Assembly: GCA_951812955.1 (NCBI GenBank)
Contig: OX638340.1
Span: 3,200,001-3,264,000 of the forward strand
Source: an uncultured Gemmatimonadota bacterium
GTDB lineage: Bacteria; JAAXHH01
Direction of reading: 5' to 3'
DNA length: 64,000 bases
This document shows positions 1 through 10,370 of this stretch, piece by piece (position 1 is the first letter of the stretch; every line of letters starts with the position of its first letter). The notes under the pieces are model-generated. The model was not told the DNA's origin, ran no database searches, and saw nothing but the letters and a program-made list of their open reading frames with translations. A program made the translations under genes and the position numbers.

Positions 1-1521
1 CGGGTTCAGTTCGTCCAGCGTGCGGCGGGTAACTGCCGCGTAGATGCCCTCGATCGGCGTAGCAGGCGCCACGGACCAGTCGCTCCCCAGTGCGAGCCGC
101 GCGTCGGTATCCAGCAGCGAGCGGAAGGCGTAGGTCGTCTTGATCCGCTCGGGGCCGATGACCTTTTCAGCCCATCTGCCGTCGTCTATGGCGTGGTAGG
201 GCTGCATGCTGGGGATGATGTCGCGGGCGGCGAACAGCGCGATGTCGTCCGGCGCGATGTGCTGGGCGTGCTCGATACGGAAGCGTCGGTCCCGGGATCC
301 GTTCTCCGCCGCTACGCGGTCAAAGATACCTAATTGCATCCGGATGGCCCGGTCGCCAATGGCGTGGACCATCACGTGCAGCCCCGCCTTGTCGGCCCCG
401 GAGGTCCACGCGTACAGATCTTCCTCGGTGCTGATGAGCAGGCCCGTATCGTCCGGCGCGTCCGTAAAGGGCTCGAGGAAGGCGGCCGTGTGGGAACCCA
501 GAGAGCCGTCCACGAAGCCCTTGAGTCCACCGAGGCGAACCCACTCGTCTCCCCGGCCGGTGGAGTCGATCCGCGCCTTGAGCCGTTGCCAGTCCCACAG
601 CGGGATGGCGGCGTAGACGCGGGTTTTCATCCGGTCCTCGTTGCGCGCCCTTTCGAAGACTTCCACGTTGCCCCACGATCCCATGTCGTGTACCGAAGTG
701 ACGCCCTGAGCCGCCACGTAATCCATTGCCGCGTCCAGGGCGCGGTCCTTCAACGCGTCGGGCGCATCGGGAATGACCCTGTCGACGAGGTACATCGCGT
801 TGTCTTTAAGGATGCCCGCCGGTTCACCGTCGTCGTACCTCTCGATAGTGCCGCCGTCGACCTCCTCCGTTTCCCGCGTCACGCCCGCGGCGGACAGCGC
901 GGCCGTATTGGCCAGGGCCATGTGCCCATCGAGCCGGTTGACCCATACCGGGTTGTCCGTCGTCACCGAATCGATCCAGTCTCGGCGGGGAAGCTCTCCG
1001 CCCCATTGCTCGTGGTCCCAGTCGCCGCCGAGGATCCAGACACCCGGTTCGAGGTCCCTTGCGAATTCGGCGATTCGATCGATGAACACCTGCGGGGTCG
1101 GCGCGTCTCTCAACTGGACTGAGGAAAGGTTGAACCCACCCGATATGAAGTGCACATGGGAGTCGATAAAGCCCGGGGTGACGAGGCGGCCGCCGCCTTC
1201 GATCACGGACGTCTCGCCAGAGATATGCGCTTCGATCTCCTCGTTGTCACCCACAGCCAGGATTCGGCCGCCTGACACGGCCACGGCCTCGGTCCAGGGC
1301 AGGTCCGCCCGACCGGTCCACACGCGGGCGTCCCGGACGACCAGGGAGGCCGGCTCGTTCAGGGAGGCCGTCTCGTTGGAATCCGCACAACCCGTGGCGA
1401 TAACAGCTGTCGTGGCGGTAACAATTGTCACGACCGTCACGGCTGTCGCGGCCAACTCGTCCGTCGCGCCGGTCCAGCGCCGCGAAAGCATCACTAAAGT
1501 TGCAAAGACACGTCTCATCAT
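1..1521 (-). CDS. Metal-dependent amidohydrolase, partial (the 3' end runs off the window start); N-terminal signal/lipoprotein-like leader
   Basis: Reverse-strand translation from ATG (complement 1521) reads MMRRVFATLVMLSRRWTGATDELAATAVTVVTIVTATTAVIATGCADS...ISGETSVIEGGGRLVTPGFIDSHVH. The GFIDSHVH motif is the amidohydrolase HxH metal-binding signature. The frame is open to position 1, which is why the ORF track does not list it. The plus-strand ORFs 334..1122 and 773..1621 are its antisense shadows. Confidence 0.6.
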   Translation of the reverse strand, partial: MMRRVFATLVMLSRRWTGATDELAATAVTVVTIVTATTAVIATGCADSNETASLNEPASLVVRDARVWTGRADLPWTEAVAVSGGRILAVGDNEEIEAHISGETSVIEGGGRLVTPGFIDSHVHFISGGFNLSSVQLRDAPTPQVFIDRIAEFARDLEPGVWILGGDWDHEQWGGELPRRDWIDSVTTDNPVWVNRLDGHMALANTAALSAAGVTRETEEVDGGTIERYDDGEPAGILKDNAMYLVDRVIPDAPDALKDRALDAAMDYVAAQGVTSVHDMGSWGNVEVFERARNEDRMKTRVYAAIPLWDWQRLKARIDSTGRGDEWVRLGGLKGFVDGSLGSHTAAFLEPFTDAPDDTGLLISTEEDLYAWTSGADKAGLHVMVHAIGDRAIRMQLGIFDRVAAENGSRDRRFRIEHAQHIAPDDIALFAARDIIPSMQPYHAIDDGRWAEKVIGPERIKTTYAFRSLLDTDARLALGSDWSVAPATPIEGIYAAVTRRTLDELNP

Positions 1522-1587
1522 GTGCGTTGCCTGTTCCTTTCGGGTTACCAGTCGCCGGCGCTTCGGACGATCCCCCCGGCCTCACGG

Positions 1588-2727
1588 TTACCAGTCGGCC
1601 ACGCTGCCGTCCGTTTCGTAAAAGTGCTCGCCGCCCAGTTCTTCCTGGTACGGCACCCGGTTGCTTACGGCCTTCTCGTCGATCTCGATCCCCAGCCCCG
1701 GCTTGTCTGGCAGTTCGATATGGCCGTCGACGACCTGCCAGTTTTGTTTCAGTATATCCGCACCGAGCGCCCAGTCGACCTGCTCCTGGGCCAGGAAATT
1801 CGGAATCACGGCGTCCACGTGCATGCAAGAGGTGAAGGCCACGGGACCGATGGCGCAATGGGGGAGGACATGGATGTAATACGTCTCCGCCATGTTGGCG
1901 ATCTTCTTGAGTTCCGTGATGCCGCCGGCGTGGGATCCGTCGGGCTGGATGTAGGCTGCGGCCTGTTTTTCGAAGACCTGGCGAAACTCCCATCGGCTTA
2001 ACAACCGTTCCCCCGTGGCGATGGGAAAGGTGACGTGGTCCGAGACGAGCTTAAGGGCGTCCACGTTTTCCTGCGGCACCGGTTCTTCCACGAACATGGG
2101 CCGCATGTCCTTGATCTCGTGGCAGATCTCGATGGCCAGGGCGGGCGTCATCTTGCCGTGGAAATCGAAGGCCAGTTCCACTTCCGGTCCCACCCATTCC
2201 CGCATGAGGAAGGCGCATTCAACAAAGTGGTCGATGACGGCCGGCGGTTCGTGACCGCGCCACTTGCCGCCGGGGCCGGACTTGAAGGCCGTATACCCGC
2301 TTTCAAGCAGCAGGTCCAGCCGCTCCCGCGCCGCGGCCAGGCTTTCCTCGGCCAGGCTGCCAATGCCCCAGTGTGCGTAGACGCGGATGCGGTCCCGGAC
2401 TGCGCCTCCCAGCAGCTTGTAGACGGGAACACCGTAGTGTTTGCCGGCGATATCCCAGAGCGCCTGGTCCAGGGCGGACAAGGCGGTCATGAGGATGGCG
2501 CCGCCCCGGAAGAAGGCCGAGCGGTACATGTGCTGCCAATGATGTTCTATGCGCAGCGGGTCCTTGCCAACAAGGTAGTCCGCGAGTTCCCGTACCGCAC
2601 CTTCCACGCTTTCGGGCTTCCCTTCAAGCGTGGATTCACCCCAGCCGGATAGGCCCGTGTCCGTGGTGATCTTGACGAGCCGGGCCCGGTGGCGGGGGAA
2701 GAACTGTTCGACTGATGCGATTTTCAT
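1588..2727 (-). CDS. dgoD: D-galactonate dehydratase-like enzyme (enolase superfamily, mandelate racemase/muconate lactonizing family)
   Basis: 379 aa. The N-terminus (MKIASVEQFFP...VKITTDTGLSGWGE) and C-terminus (...FYETDGSVADW) closely parallel E. coli DgoD (...GWGEP... / ...DGSVAEW). The core motifs FDFHG and HCPLGP-like (HCAIGP) are present. Confidence 0.8.
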   Translation of the reverse strand: MKIASVEQFFPRHRARLVKITTDTGLSGWGESTLEGKPESVEGAVRELADYLVGKDPLRIEHHWQHMYRSAFFRGGAILMTALSALDQALWDIAGKHYGVPVYKLLGGAVRDRIRVYAHWGIGSLAEESLAAARERLDLLLESGYTAFKSGPGGKWRGHEPPAVIDHFVECAFLMREWVGPEVELAFDFHGKMTPALAIEICHEIKDMRPMFVEEPVPQENVDALKLVSDHVTFPIATGERLLSRWEFRQVFEKQAAAYIQPDGSHAGGITELKKIANMAETYYIHVLPHCAIGPVAFTSCMHVDAVIPNFLAQEQVDWALGADILKQNWQVVDGHIELPDKPGLGIEIDEKAVSNRVPYQEELGGEHFYETDGSVADW

Positions 2728-2837
2728 GGCAACCTCGCAAGCCGGGAGCGTCCCCGTTTTAAGGGAATGGTCGACGGTTCGGATCGATCGGGGCCCCGGT
2801 CATCGACCGGGCCGGTGGACGCGGAAGAAGGCACGGA

Positions 2838-3539
2838 TCATCTGCCGAAGAGCTGCTGCGGATCGATGGGTTCGATGGCATAACCGGCCGGGACGACGAA
2901 TATCGACGGGTCGACGGTATGGGGATTCACCTCGGTAGCCGTCAGGGTCATGGTCATGGCCGTACCGGGGAACGACGTAGAGATCTTAAGCGGAAAGCCG
3001 GAGAGTCCCTCGGTCCAGAAGGGCATGCTGTCCTTCAAGGCGCCCCCGAGGGAAGCGGCCAGATCCAGTTGAATCGCGTCGGTGACCCATATGTACTGTG
3101 TCATCGCGCCGGAAGGATTGGTACGTGTGATCTTGTATTTTCTGCATTCGTAGCCGGCTATGGTGATGGTTTCGTTTTCTTCTGCAATGACCGGTTTTAC
3201 CCGTTCTTTCAAATTCGGGTCCGCAACGATCTCGTAGGCCTTGCTGTTCATATGGCTGATGACGTAGCCCCGGCCCGTCGACCCGTCGATCACGACTTCG
3301 CCCATCGTCAGGCCAATCATGCCGCCCCGCATGACGATCTTCGTCTGCCCTTCCTTGATGTAGAGCCTGTATGACTCGGGCACCAGCATGGTAACCTGGG
3401 CGCGGTCCTGTATGTCGCCGCCGCTGAAGGCCACGTTGAAATGAAGACTGCCCTCGAAGGCGTTTTCTGCCGGTTGGGCTGTTGCGTGAGATGCCAGGAG
3501 GGAGCCCAGCAGCACTAAGATTGCCGCGTATCTTGTCAC
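2838..3539 (-). CDS. Secreted hypothetical protein (signal peptide; DUF4412-like is a guess)
   Basis: 233 aa; N-terminus MTRYAAILVLLGSLLASHATAQP is a signal peptide. No recognisable catalytic motif. It lies directly downstream of the cytochrome gene on the same strand. Confidence 0.45.
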   Translation of the reverse strand: MTRYAAILVLLGSLLASHATAQPAENAFEGSLHFNVAFSGGDIQDRAQVTMLVPESYRLYIKEGQTKIVMRGGMIGLTMGEVVIDGSTGRGYVISHMNSKAYEIVADPNLKERVKPVIAEENETITIAGYECRKYKITRTNPSGAMTQYIWVTDAIQLDLAASLGGALKDSMPFWTEGLSGFPLKISTSFPGTAMTMTLTATEVNPHTVDPSIFVVPAGYAIEPIDPQQLFGR

Positions 3540-3585
3540 GTCTGTCTGGCCCCGTCAGGTTCGAGGTTTGTGAAAAGCGGGATGC

Positions 3586-3957
3586 CTACTCTTCGGATAT
3601 GATGGTGAGCTCACCGGCGTGGCAGGTGTAGCAGGTTACGGGCTGCAGGTCTTCCTTGTTCATCACGTTCTCATTGATCGCCGCTACCTGCTCGTTGAGT
3701 TGCTCTACGAGACGAATGAATTCACGGCCGATCAGTTTGGTTTCCTTTTCGTCGCTTGGATAGTCTTTCAAATTGTGACAGTAGTCGCATTTTTCCCCGA
3801 TGCCGCTGCTGACCGTTTTCATGTAGTCTCGGATTTCGCGGGTGGAGAGATCCGTCAGGACCTGGACGTTCTTGGGCGCACGCTGGGCGTCTACGGTTGC
3901 GTCGACCAGGACCGTCATAACGAAACACGCGGCAATCACCGGTATGATCCGTTTCAT
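3586..3957 (-). CDS. Small secreted dihaem c-type cytochrome (photosynthetic-reaction-centre cytochrome c subunit-like family)
   Basis: Two CxxCH haem-binding motifs (CDYCH and CYTCH). Signal peptide MKRIIPVIAACFVMTVLVDATVDA. The start was chosen at the internal Met (MKRII) of the 131-aa track ORF. Confidence 0.6.
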   Translation of the reverse strand: MKRIIPVIAACFVMTVLVDATVDAQRAPKNVQVLTDLSTREIRDYMKTVSSGIGEKCDYCHNLKDYPSDEKETKLIGREFIRLVEQLNEQVAAINENVMNKEDLQPVTCYTCHAGELTIISEE

Positions 3958-4248
3958 CGCGATTCCTTTCCTCGTGGGCATTTGGGTATTGATTCGTGTC
4001 GCCTGGACGGTTTTCGTACGACCGGCGGTTGAGGAAACTTAGATATGCGCCGCCGCGCTGTCAAGGCCTTTAAGGTCCGTAGTCCCATGGCACCGGCCCT
4101 ATTTGTATTGACAGTTCCAGTCGTTTACCGTTTCAATATTTGTTGTCCGGTCCGGTGCCGGAGATGTCTCCCGGGGTTCTTCCCCGGTGCGGTATGACGC
4201 GGCCGGACCGCCGCTTTCCGTCGTTTTAAACCCTTCCTGGTATCCGCC

Positions 4249-6534
4249 GTGATGGATTCTGTTTTAAGCGCGCTCGGTTTGATTGAGGCTTCCGAACACC
4301 TGGCGTTCAGAACCACGGTCCCGATCTGGATCATCGTCCTTTTCGCCATGGTAATGGCCGGGCTCGTGATCCTGTTTTACCGTCGCATGCCCGTGGCGAC
4401 CTCGCCGGCGTGGAAATCCCTGTTTACCGCCCTGAAGATCCTGCCCCTGCTGCTGGTCGTATTCTGTCTCATGGAACCCGTCATCGTAACGTCCGAGGTC
4501 TCGCCCCGCCGGGGTTTCGTGTTGTTGCTGTTCGACGACTCCGGGAGCATGGGGATTCAGGATGGCGCGCGGGGCGTTGCCCGCGTGGATGCAGTAAAGC
4601 GGCGTTTCGTGGATGATGGACTGCTCGAGGAACTGGCCGGCCGGTTCAGGCTGAGGCCCTACCGGTTCGCGGACCGAACCGAACGGGTCTCGGACCTGGG
4701 AGAACTGGACGGTTCCGGGATCGCGACGGACATCGCGGGAGCGCTCGGGCAGGCCGCGGGCGAGTTCAGGGACCTGCCCGTGGCCGCCGTCGTGCTCGTT
4801 ACGGACGGTGCGGACAATGCGAGCACGGGAACGGACAACCTGGCGAACGCGGCCGCGTACCTCGCATCGCGGAACACGCCGGTCCATACCGTGGGGGTCG
4901 GCCGGGAACGGATCGACCGGGATGTCGAAATACTCAAGGTAGCCGCGTCCAACCGGGTCACTGAGGGTACGATAACCGACCTTGTCGTCACCCTGCGGAG
5001 TTCGGGATACGCCGGCCGGTCGATCGACCTGAACATCAAGGAAGGCGGACGCGTGGTGCAGACGGCGCCAGTGCGTCTCGGCCGGGACGGCGAAATTCAA
5101 CGGGTTCAGGTTTTCCTGTCTCCTGAATCGCCGGGCATTCTCGAATACTCGGCCGAAGTCGCCCCCCAGAACGCGGAGACGATCTCGGAGAACAACACCC
5201 AGGCGTTCCTGCTGGACAACCGGTCGAAGACAGGACGGGTCCTGTACGTGGAAGGATATCCACGCAGGGAGTTCAAGTTTATTCGAAGGGCCCTTGAAGA
5301 AGACCCCAGGATCGATATGGTCTCGATCGTCAGGATCTCTCCGGACGGGAGGATCTACCGGCAGGGCATCCGGGACCCGAAACTGGAACTTACGGCGGGT
5401 TATCCACGGAGCCGCGCGGAGCTGTTTGCTTACGACGCCATCGTTTTCGGAGATATCGAGGCGGCCTGGTTCACATCCGAGCAGTTGCGGTTAACCGAAG
5501 CGTTCGTAAGTGATCGCGGTGGCGGCTTCCTCATGATCGGCGGACTGAACTCGTTTCGTGAAGGAGGATACGCGGGGACGCCGATCGAAGACGTGCTCCC
5601 GGTTCAACTCACCGGCGAAAACTGGGCCATGGGTATCGTCGACCACGCCTTTCTCCTCGAACCGGCCGGGGAAGGAATCGACCATCCCCTGCTCCGTTTC
5701 GGATCGACCCCGGAGGAAAACAGGGCGATCTGGAGCGGCTTGCCGGAGCTGATCGGATACAACCGGGTCGGAGGCGTAAAACCCGGCGCCTCCGTGCTGG
5801 CGATCGACCCCGGTACCGACGTGCTTGAAGGATCGAACGTGCTCCTGGCCGTTCAGCGATACGGAAGGGGGCGATCCATGGCTTTTACCGGTTTCAGCAC
5901 GTGGCGCTGGCAGATGCATCTGCCGTCAGAAGACCAGTCGCACGAGCGGTTCTGGCGACAGATGATCCGCTGGGTCGCCCTCTACGCCCCCGGGCGGGTT
6001 ACGGTCGCCACGAACAGGTCGAATTACGGAGGTCACGAGCCGGTAATCATCGAAAGCCGGCTGTTTGACCAGGGATTCGAACCGGTCGACGGCACCGAAG
6101 TATGGGCTCACGTCACGGGTCCGGCCGGCCGGTCGGAATCCGTGCCGCTCGAGTGGGCCCTGGGGAAGGGTGGCCTGTACCGGGGCGAGTATCGTCCTGA
6201 ACTGGGCGGCATGCACAAGGTCGAGGTTACCGTCCGTTCCGCAGATGGCGAGCTGCTGCGCGATCAGACCGGGTTTACCGTGGCCCCTTCGGCCACGGAG
6301 TTCACGAACGCGGGACTGCGCGCGGAGGAACTTGAAAGGCTTGCCGGGTCCACGGGCGGCACGTACCTGCCCCTGTCCGAGGCGGGACGGTTGACCGAGT
6401 TGATTCAGCCCGTCGATGATACGGCTACGTCGATCCGCGAAAGAGACCTGCGGGACACGCCTTTCCTTTTCGCGGCCATACTGCTTTTTCTGAGCGCAGA
6501 ATGGTTTTTGAGGCGCCAGAAAGGACTGTCGTGA
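4249..6534 (+). CDS. Membrane-anchored vWA domain protein (N-terminal double-TM anchor family, BatA/TIGR02226-like) with a class-I glutamine amidotransferase/DJ-1-like region and a C-terminal TM
   Basis: 761 aa. Two N-terminal TM helices (VPIWIIVLFAMVMAGLVILFY, LKILPLLLVVFCLMEPVIV). The vWA MIDAS-like start is LLLFDDSGSM, followed by VVLVTDGADN. A C-terminal hydrophobic segment (PFLFAAILLFLSAEWFL) is followed by RRQK. The stop overlaps the next start (TGATG). Confidence 0.55.
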   Translation: MMDSVLSALGLIEASEHLAFRTTVPIWIIVLFAMVMAGLVILFYRRMPVATSPAWKSLFTALKILPLLLVVFCLMEPVIVTSEVSPRRGFVLLLFDDSGSMGIQDGARGVARVDAVKRRFVDDGLLEELAGRFRLRPYRFADRTERVSDLGELDGSGIATDIAGALGQAAGEFRDLPVAAVVLVTDGADNASTGTDNLANAAAYLASRNTPVHTVGVGRERIDRDVEILKVAASNRVTEGTITDLVVTLRSSGYAGRSIDLNIKEGGRVVQTAPVRLGRDGEIQRVQVFLSPESPGILEYSAEVAPQNAETISENNTQAFLLDNRSKTGRVLYVEGYPRREFKFIRRALEEDPRIDMVSIVRISPDGRIYRQGIRDPKLELTAGYPRSRAELFAYDAIVFGDIEAAWFTSEQLRLTEAFVSDRGGGFLMIGGLNSFREGGYAGTPIEDVLPVQLTGENWAMGIVDHAFLLEPAGEGIDHPLLRFGSTPEENRAIWSGLPELIGYNRVGGVKPGASVLAIDPGTDVLEGSNVLLAVQRYGRGRSMAFTGFSTWRWQMHLPSEDQSHERFWRQMIRWVALYAPGRVTVATNRSNYGGHEPVIIESRLFDQGFEPVDGTEVWAHVTGPAGRSESVPLEWALGKGGLYRGEYRPELGGMHKVEVTVRSADGELLRDQTGFTVAPSATEFTNAGLRAEELERLAGSTGGTYLPLSEAGRLTELIQPVDDTATSIRERDLRDTPFLFAAILLFLSAEWFLRRQKGLS

Positions 6535-7709
6535 TGAGCCTGATCACGGGCATGTGCGCGGGGCTGCTGGCCGCCGGCCTGCTCAGCGGCGGGCTGTTTA
6601 CGATGCAGCCGACCGATCCTCTCCGACAGCCGACCGCACCTCCCCAGCGGCCGTCCGATCCGCCCCTGCAGCCGTCCGATCCGCCGCAGCGGTCGGTCGA
6701 CCCACCCCGGCTGCCGTCCGCACCTCCCCAGCGGTCGGTCGATCCACCGGGCATGATGGAAACGGGCACGGCTTCCGGGTTGCAGTACGGATTGGTCATC
6801 GCGGGAATCGGCGGCGAAAAGAAGTACGTGGACCGCAATCTGGACTGGGCGCGGGGTTTCCGCGACGTTTTGAGTTCCGACTACGGTTTCTCGGAAGACC
6901 GGCTGACCCTGCTGGTCGAGGATCCGGCCGGCGTCGGCGGTTTCCCGGCGGTGAAGTCCACGCTGGCAGAGATTCGACGAGTCCTGGCCGCCCTGGCGGA
7001 TCTCATTCGTCCCGGCGACGATCTGTTCATCCTGCTGATCGGCCATGGCAGCGCCACGGACGCAGGCGCCAGGTTGAATATCCCCGGTCCGGACCTGAGG
7101 GCGGACATGCTGCGCGATGCGCTCGAAGAGATCGGGGCGCGGTACACGGTCGTGGTGAATGGCGCGAGTTCCAGCGCACCTTTCATCGAGGCACTTAGCG
7201 GTCCCGGTCGCGTGATCGTTACGGCGACCAAAAGCGGTGCCGAACGGCTATCCACGGTCTTTCCGGAGCACCTGCTCGCAGCACTGAAAGCGAAGGCGGG
7301 GGACCTGGACAAGGACGGACGGATCTCGGTGCTGGAGTCTTTTGTCTACGCGAGGAACAAGACCTCGGAATGGTACGCCGGCGAGGGGCTTCTGGCTACC
7401 GAACATCCGCTGCTGGACGACAACGGCGACGGAAGGGGGACCCGGGAACCGGGGCCCGGCGGTACGGATGGGATGCTGGCCGGCAGGGTGTACTTCGGCC
7501 GCAGATCGACTGCCGCGGTGAAATCGGGTTCTCCCGAGGAACGGTCGCTGCAGGCCGGCATGGAGGCGTTGCGCTGGCAGATCGATGAGCTCAAAGCCCG
7601 CAAGGACCAGGTGGATCCTGGTGAATACACGGCGCGCATGGAGGAGTTGCTGATTGAACTGGCACGGGTGACCAGGCGGCTCAGAACGCTGGAAGGGAAT
7701 CCGCCGTGA
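6534..7709 (+). CDS. Pro-rich-repeat protein with a legumain/peptidase C13-like (caspase-fold) domain, possibly a pseudo-peptidase
   Basis: Starts MSLITGMCAGLLAAGLLSGGLF (signal/TM). Then four copies of a PPQRPSDPP-type repeat. Then LVIAGIGG...DDLFILLIGHGS...YTVVVNGASSSAPF, which aligns in my reading with legumain VLVAGS...HVFIYFTDHGS...YIEACESGSM. The His-Gly is retained, but the Cys position reads Ala/Ser. The start is coupled to the upstream gene (1-nt overlap). Confidence 0.4.
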   Translation: MSLITGMCAGLLAAGLLSGGLFTMQPTDPLRQPTAPPQRPSDPPLQPSDPPQRSVDPPRLPSAPPQRSVDPPGMMETGTASGLQYGLVIAGIGGEKKYVDRNLDWARGFRDVLSSDYGFSEDRLTLLVEDPAGVGGFPAVKSTLAEIRRVLAALADLIRPGDDLFILLIGHGSATDAGARLNIPGPDLRADMLRDALEEIGARYTVVVNGASSSAPFIEALSGPGRVIVTATKSGAERLSTVFPEHLLAALKAKAGDLDKDGRISVLESFVYARNKTSEWYAGEGLLATEHPLLDDNGDGRGTREPGPGGTDGMLAGRVYFGRRSTAAVKSGSPEERSLQAGMEALRWQIDELKARKDQVDPGEYTARMEELLIELARVTRRLRTLEGNPP

Positions 7710-7767
7710 CGCGTGCCGTCTTGTCCTTGACGCATGGGCCGGAGCCGTTAACATATTCAGCGGTTGA

Positions 7768-9129
<1,362 letters not shown>

Positions 9130-9143
9130 GCGGAGCGCTTCCC

Positions 9144-9557
9144 ATGGCCGATACAAGGCCTATTAAACCCGGTGCCTCCGGGGCGTCCGAGACCAGGCGG
9201 CGCATGCGAACCAGAAAAAGAATCCGTTTGAGGTGGATTATCCTCGGCGTGATAGCCATCGTGTTCGGATATATCTATATCGGTGGCAGTTACGGCTGGT
9301 ACAACATGTGGAAACTCAGGCAGCAGAGATCCCAGTTGCAAACCGATTTAAAGGAGCTGGATTCCCGGAATCGGGTTCTGACCGACGAACTGGAACTGCT
9401 CGAGGGCGATGCCGAGGCGGATGAGCGGACGCGCTTCGAACTGGAAAGACTGGCCCGGGAGGAACACGGAATGGTCCGGGAAGACGAGTTGATTTACAGG
9501 TTCCCCGTGGAAGCAAAGGATACCACCGAAGCCGGAGTGCCGGAACCCGGCCCCTGA
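9144..9557 (+). CDS. ftsB: Septum formation initiator FtsB/DivIC-family protein
   Basis: 137 aa. Single TM (WIILGVIAIVFGYIYIGG) followed by a coiled coil (LRQQRSQLQTDLKELDSRNRVLTDELELLEGD). The conserved eno-ftsB neighbourhood is present. Confidence 0.75.
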   Translation: MADTRPIKPGASGASETRRRMRTRKRIRLRWIILGVIAIVFGYIYIGGSYGWYNMWKLRQQRSQLQTDLKELDSRNRVLTDELELLEGDAEADERTRFELERLAREEHGMVREDELIYRFPVEAKDTTEAGVPEPGP

Positions 9558-9584
9558 AGCAGTTTTTCCCTCCGGGACCTCCTC

Positions 9585-10370
9585 ATGGCCATACAATCCT
9601 CGGAAGCCATCGTGCTGAACCGGATACCGCTGGGGGATACCAGTCTCCTGGTCACGGTTTACGCCCGGGCCTTCGGCAAGGTAAAACTCGTGGCCCGCGG
9701 AGCGCGCCGCTCGAAGCGGGGGACGGCGTCTTTACTGCAACCATACCAGGTGATCACGGTATACTTCAACCACCGCACAAACCGCGAATTGCAGCAACTT
9801 TCGAAAGTCGAGGCGGGACCGTACTTCAGGCAGATCGGAGAAGACCTCACGAAGGTGGCTTATGCCAGCGCAGTTTGTGAACTGGTGAACAGGCTGGTCC
9901 TGGGCGAAGAGCCCGGCGAAGCGCTCTTCGGGCTGATCTTTCGCACGCTGGAAGCGATCGACCGGCAGTCCGCGGAATCGTGCGAAATGCTGTTCTGGCG
10001 CTTTCAGATCGAATTCGCCGATGTCTACGGCACCGGACCCGAGTTCACATCCTGCCTGGGATGCGGTGAGCGCCCGGAGGAAACGTCGGTCTGCTTCAGT
10101 CCGGCCCTGGGCGGGATTCTGTGCCGCGACTGCCAGGCGCAGGACGGCGAGGCGATGCGGATCTCCCTGGGTACCGCGCGGCTGTTGTCCCGCGTGCGCG
10201 AGTTGCCGCTGGAGAATCTGACGAGACTGAAGCCCGTGAGGACGTCGCGGCGCGAGATTCAGCGCGCAATCCGAGCCTTCTACCTGTTTCAGATGGACGA
10301 CGGACGGGAGTTGAAATCACTGAAATTCCTGGAGTCGATCGAGGAAGACAGTCGGGAGCGCCGGCAATGA
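9585..10370 (+). CDS. recO: DNA repair protein RecO
   Basis: 261 aa. N-terminal OB fold (EAIVLNRIPLGDTSLLVTVYAR) and a C-terminal Cys4 zinc motif (CLGCG...CRDC), typical of RecO. Confidence 0.85.
   Translation: MAIQSSEAIVLNRIPLGDTSLLVTVYARAFGKVKLVARGARRSKRGTASLLQPYQVITVYFNHRTNRELQQLSKVEAGPYFRQIGEDLTKVAYASAVCELVNRLVLGEEPGEALFGLIFRTLEAIDRQSAESCEMLFWRFQIEFADVYGTGPEFTSCLGCGERPEETSVCFSPALGGILCRDCQAQDGEAMRISLGTARLLSRVRELPLENLTRLKPVRTSRREIQRAIRAFYLFQMDDGRELKSLKFLESIEEDSRERRQ

Noticed and set aside
334-1621. Plus-strand ORFs 334..1122 and 773..1621
   Set aside because: They are antisense to the amidohydrolase gene, whose reverse-strand translation shows the GFIDSHVH motif and a signal peptide. The plus-strand translations are Arg/Pro/Val-rich with no motifs.
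10121-10366. Upstream extension of the sugar kinase ORF (MPRLPGAGRRGDADLPGYRAAV...)
   Set aside because: It lies inside recO in another frame. The PfkB fold begins at MKKHGTGYDAVTWGEG, and the ATGA overlap with the recO stop marks the real start.
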